Below are positions 59,521 through 64,000 of a DNA stretch of 64,000 nucleotides, piece after piece. Positions within the stretch are counted from its first letter, which is position 1, and every line of letters begins with the position of its first letter. The stretch is taken from the NCBI RefSeq assembly GCF_036321535.1, contig NC_087454.1, forward strand, positions 17,360,001 to 17,424,000, written 5' to 3'. The stretch comes from Camelus dromedarius (taxonomy: Eukaryota). The notes below the pieces were generated by a model that saw nothing but the letters and a program-made list of their open reading frames with translations, had not been told where the DNA came from and searched no databases. The position numbers and the translations under genes were made by a program.

Positions 59521-62500
59521 CTGGCTCATAATTCCTCTCTCCGAGTCAAGAAAACACATGGTTGGCATTGTTGCCAACTTTGGGGGATACTCTTTTAAGT
59601 ATTCATTAAGCTGCCTAGTGGCAACACCTCTGATGTTTCCTAAGTGTGGAAAGTACCTGTTTTAACATTTCAGAATTTACCCTATAATTTTTTCATAAAT
59701 ATTTTGAAACATTTGGAAATTTGTTTTTCCTGTTCACACACAAAATTCTAACTATCAAATGCACATTTCTGCTAATTCACTTTAGCATTTAGGGAGGAAT
59801 TATGGGATGGGCAGCCTTGAAGCGCCTGTGAATCATTTTTGCACGAGATTTGGGTAGAAAGGATTGTTATTAAAAAAAAAAAAAGCAATTTCTGGCTTTC
59901 GATCCAAAAATTCTAAAAAAGAATTTTGCAATCTTCAGTACATTTTGTGAAGCGGGGAGAGTGAGGAACTGAGGATAGTACTAATATTTGTATAAACTTA
60001 GTGTAAGTCTTGTCAGTTAACCTGTCTCTGTGAGTTGATTAAATATCCTGGATTTTTTTTCTGTAAACAGAGTGACCACAATGGCATTTTCTTAAAACAG
60101 TCAATAACCAACTTGGATCCTGCCAAAAGAGCTTGACTATGTGTGCAAGAGAGCATCTGTTTTAAATATGGATGTAACAGTTAATGATCTTTCCTTTGTG
60201 TACATTTGGATTCACAGAGTCCGCATTAAAACAAATGCAAAATTTTTTTCTTCGTGCTTTGTGTGTTGTGTGATTAAGAAAGTATTCAACGGAATTTTGA
60301 AAATGGAATTTCATGACAAGCGTGTTTATAAAAATTTGGAAACAAATGTTTAAGAAAGGATAATGTTAGAAATTCTCTTATCCAAAGAACATTTTCTTTG
60401 GTAGGTCAAAATGTATTAAGAATGTTAATGGGAAAAAGCCCACACAAGGACAGCAAGGCCAGAAAGTGCAAGTGACAAAAACCTGGAGTAAAAGAGTTTA
60501 CACTAAAGAGAAGAAGCAAGAACATTTTCCTAGAAGAGTGAAGAGAGGAAGTGAGGAAACTAGGGAGAGACATAGTATATGTTACGGAACTAAAAACATG
60601 CCAGTAGGAATGACAGTTTAATTCAGGAAAAATGAGTAAGAAAATGGGTCATACCAAAGTAAAGACTAAGAGGCTGAAAAAGAGAAATGCGTTGAAGACT
60701 TAGATGCGAAGGAGATAAATCAGTCAGGGACTAGAGGAGCTGTCTGCCCCAGACCAGGAGTGGTGTGCCCAAGTGCCTGGGGGTAACTACTGTGATGTTA
60801 CAGGACCCAGGCAGGCTAAGTTGGATGAACTATACTTATGCAATTCCTCAACTATATTATAGCTCAAAAGTATTTCTGCCCTGGGATTTCTTTGAACTAA
60901 AGTACAACTATACCCTGAAAAGTGTTGCTGTATGCTGGTAGTTCTCAACCCTGGCCGAGTATCAGAACTCTTTGTTATATATATATATATATATTCCATA
61001 AAATGAATATACATCTATCATTCCTCAACTCTGATATTCAGATTGAATTAGTCTATGGAGGTTGGTTCTGGGCATTTTATATTTTTATAAGACGTTTGGT
61101 TAACATCAGTTTTATTTGTTTGACTACTTCATGAGTCCAATTAGCCAAAACTTCTTTGCAGGGTTTTTAGCTGAAGGGGCCCAGATCACATGTTGAATGA
61201 ATGGGATTTTGTGAGGACAGGTTCACTCTGAGGATGAGAGGTGGGGGAAAAGGAAGAATAAGAAGCCATATCTGTCTCAGAATAACCCATCCTCCCTCAA
61301 GCCACATGACCCAGGAAAACCTGAACTCTTCCCAGAGAGGAAGGATCCCACTTTAATGTCTATGTGTGAACACCTTTTGAATATTTCTGTCCTGCCATTC
61401 ATGATTTTGGAGTCAATATCATTGGGAAAATTATAGAGAAGAAGAAATTAGAAGGGAATAAGAAAGGAACAATATTGTACATACTCTATTTTTTATTTAT
61501 TTCCGTGAATTAAAAAGTAATAAGAGATTTCAGTTTTGCCTATGACCGCAGACCTTCTGCTTTTCCTCTGTAATGTTTGATGTTTCTTCCTAGCTAAGTC
61601 TCCCTTTATAATGTGGGCGTTTGTGCTGGGAGAAGGTAGTGAAATTCAGGAGCTAAAAACTCTCATTTTAGGGCAGAAAAGCAAAATTATTTAATTATTT
61701 CAAAAGTGATATAAACCCTATGCCATCAGAGCTTTCCTGCCCTCCTGGGTCTTTTCTCTCCATCCCCGGGTCTTGTCTCCCTTTTCATCTAAGTCTGAGG
61801 TGGTCTCTCTCAGGCTATAATCTTATTATAAATCTCCACAGTGGGCATTTATTTATTAATCTAGATAGGGGAAGGTGTATCTTTTTTTTTCTTTTCTTTT
61901 TCTTTTGACTCTTACTGTGGAAATGTCCAAAAGCTGCAGTAGGAAGTTAAGGAGAAACTTTCTGATGTGAAAAGTCTTTCTCTTCAGACCACTCTCAGAT
62001 ACAATTCTGCACTAACAAGAAAGAAAGAAAGACAGACAGAAAGAAAAAGGGGTCGCTGTAGGGAGGATTAGCCATGTTCAAAACACCACTAATCTCATTA
62101 AAGTACTCCCAGGGGGAGGCCCCTGTAGGCTTTGTAATGACCTAAATCAAGTATTAGCCCTTCCCTAAAATTAACCCCACGTTCTACAAAACGCACGTTC
62201 TTGTCTCTAAAACTGGAGAAGGCTGAAAAAGGATTAATAAAGGAAGGAAGGGAGCTTGTTAGGAATTGCAGGACCATCAGACAGGCCAGCAGGCCAAGGG
62301 GCAACTGATAATCGACGTTTCGTTTTCTCTTTCGTGGCTGTCTCACAGACTTAGTCAGAAAAGGGATTCACGCAGTTCATGTTTGAATGGAGAAAGAGAA
62401 GAAAAGGAAGAAGTTTCCATTTGCAATTGTCTGTCTATCATTTTATTTTTCAAAACACCGGACTTTTAGGGCCACAGCTTCTTCATGGCCTGACTTATAA

Positions 62501-62916
62501 TCTGTCCGGTCAAAATTCATCCTTTAAAATAGAAAGAGCAAAAGAACTGAGAGGGAAATTCCCTTGAGGTAAAAAGTCATCTTCCTTTATATGTTATTTC
62601 TACACTCCCCAAGGAACCATTATCTAATTTATTAGCTACCACGTTACCAAAAAGAAATGAGTGGAGCTCTTTGCTCAGCGTTTTTAGCTGATTGGGATAC
62701 CTTCACCTTGCAAACACGCGCAGGAAAAAAAAAGTGCGCGATAAAAGAGAAACTAAAACTTTTCGGCGTATTTAAAGCCGCCTTCCTTTCCGGCTCGCCC
62801 AGCGAAGAGCGAGGTTTTCCGACCAATCAAAACATTGAAATGTTAATCATCTCTTCCTTGCTCCACCCTTCGATGACCTAATTTGTAAAACCAACCGAAC
62901 GTCTTGTTTTCAAACA

Positions 62917-62945
62917 GGTCCGCAAAAATACTATTTAAAAAGCAT
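62917..62945 (+). promoter_or_regulatory. H4C3 site II core and TATA
   Basis: TTTCAAACAGGTCCG (GGTCCG at 62917-62922) followed by CTATTTAAAA. Confidence 0.75.
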
Positions 62946-62957
62946 TGTGGCGGCTGA

Positions 62958-63290
<333 letters not shown>

Positions 63291-63329
63291 GAGTATGAGA
63301 TTCGGTATTCTTCAAACTTTGAAAACAAA

Positions 63330-63345
63330 GGCCCTTTTCAGGGCC
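63330..63345 (+). terminator. Histone 3' stem-loop of H4C3
   Basis: GGCCCTTTTCAGGGCC; AAAGAGCTG at 63361-63369. Confidence 0.95.
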
Positions 63346-64000
63346 GCCCACACAGTCATGAAAGAGCTGTTGTACCTTGCAGGGAAGTTTATTTGAATAG
63401 GTAAAAGTAAACAGTTTGTACAAAAGGCTGTTAGGAGAGAGCAGCATTTACTGACGCAATCAGGTAACTAATCACGGGGTATTACGCCTACCGTGTGAGA
63501 AACGGGTTTTTTCACAAAGAGAAACTAGGCTTCTGGGAAGTGTAGAAAAGGCGTGAACAATGGTTTGATTAGATAGACTCCCTGAGAGATGTATGAGTTT
63601 TGAGAAAAGTCCTTTAGACTGCTGGTGGCATCCCTAGCACAAAAGCTCACACTATCAGCCCACACAATACACGGCTATGTAAATGAAGGCTGATGGGGGA
63701 CGAGCTCTCATTCGACAATTCTCGGTGTGGTGAGACCACTGTTAAATTGCGGAGGGTGGCATTACAAGCAATGCCATGTTCCTATTGGCCAAAACTACCA
63801 GGGGGCTTCCTAGTGGCCCCCGGAACTGGAGGAAAAACCTTGATTGGTTAACGTTCTTTTTAACCCAGTGTACGCGGGCACTAAAGAGCGCAAGGAGCAA
63901 AGAGGCACAGGGTCACCGAACCGGTCCTATACAGGCTCTAATAGTGCTGGGGTCAGACTGGCTGGCTGCTGGGCGGGGTGAAGCTACACGTTCATCCTTT

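Noticed and set aside
63770-64000. Possible H1-6 (H1t) gene at the window end
   Set aside because: Only CCAAT-like motifs and CpGs; no H1 coding sequence or stem-loop, so the gene is expected beyond the window

Overview
Mammalian DNA, most likely a camelid (inferred from the tRNA-derived SINE and the L1 3' end). It covers the start of the major replication-dependent histone cluster (HIST1) with the iron-regulation gene HFE embedded in it. Gene order and orientation match what I recall for human 6p22: H1-1(-), H3C1(+), H4C1(+), H4C2(-), H3C2(-), H2AC4(-), H2BC3(-), H2AC5P(+), H3C3(+), H1-2(-), HFE(+, 6 coding exons, 355 aa), H4C3(+). Histone symbols are assigned by that synteny plus protein sequence. 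Each histone gene has its 16-nt 3' stem-loop. Four histone CDSs are partly N-masked, and the Ns preserve exact CDS length, so their middles cannot be verified. The rest is ancient and lineage-specific repeats. I see no new protein-coding system. The most interesting signals are: (1) decayed histone genes and orphan histone-type promoters between the live genes (a clear H3 relic at 8.8 kb; weaker H2A/H2B, H4 and H3 relics; a promoter pointing antisense into H4C2); (2) an H2A pseudogene whose normally processed mRNA would have no stop codon; (3) a convergent pair of CTCF motifs bracketing HFE; (4) loss of the third HFE N-glycosylation sequon; (5) a young solo LTR with a triplicated 5' terminus; (6) a three-level nested insertion holding an apparent retroposed mRNA 3' end. 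Repeat family names and human/mouse/cow comparisons are from memory and need database confirmation. Most repeat boundaries are approximate.
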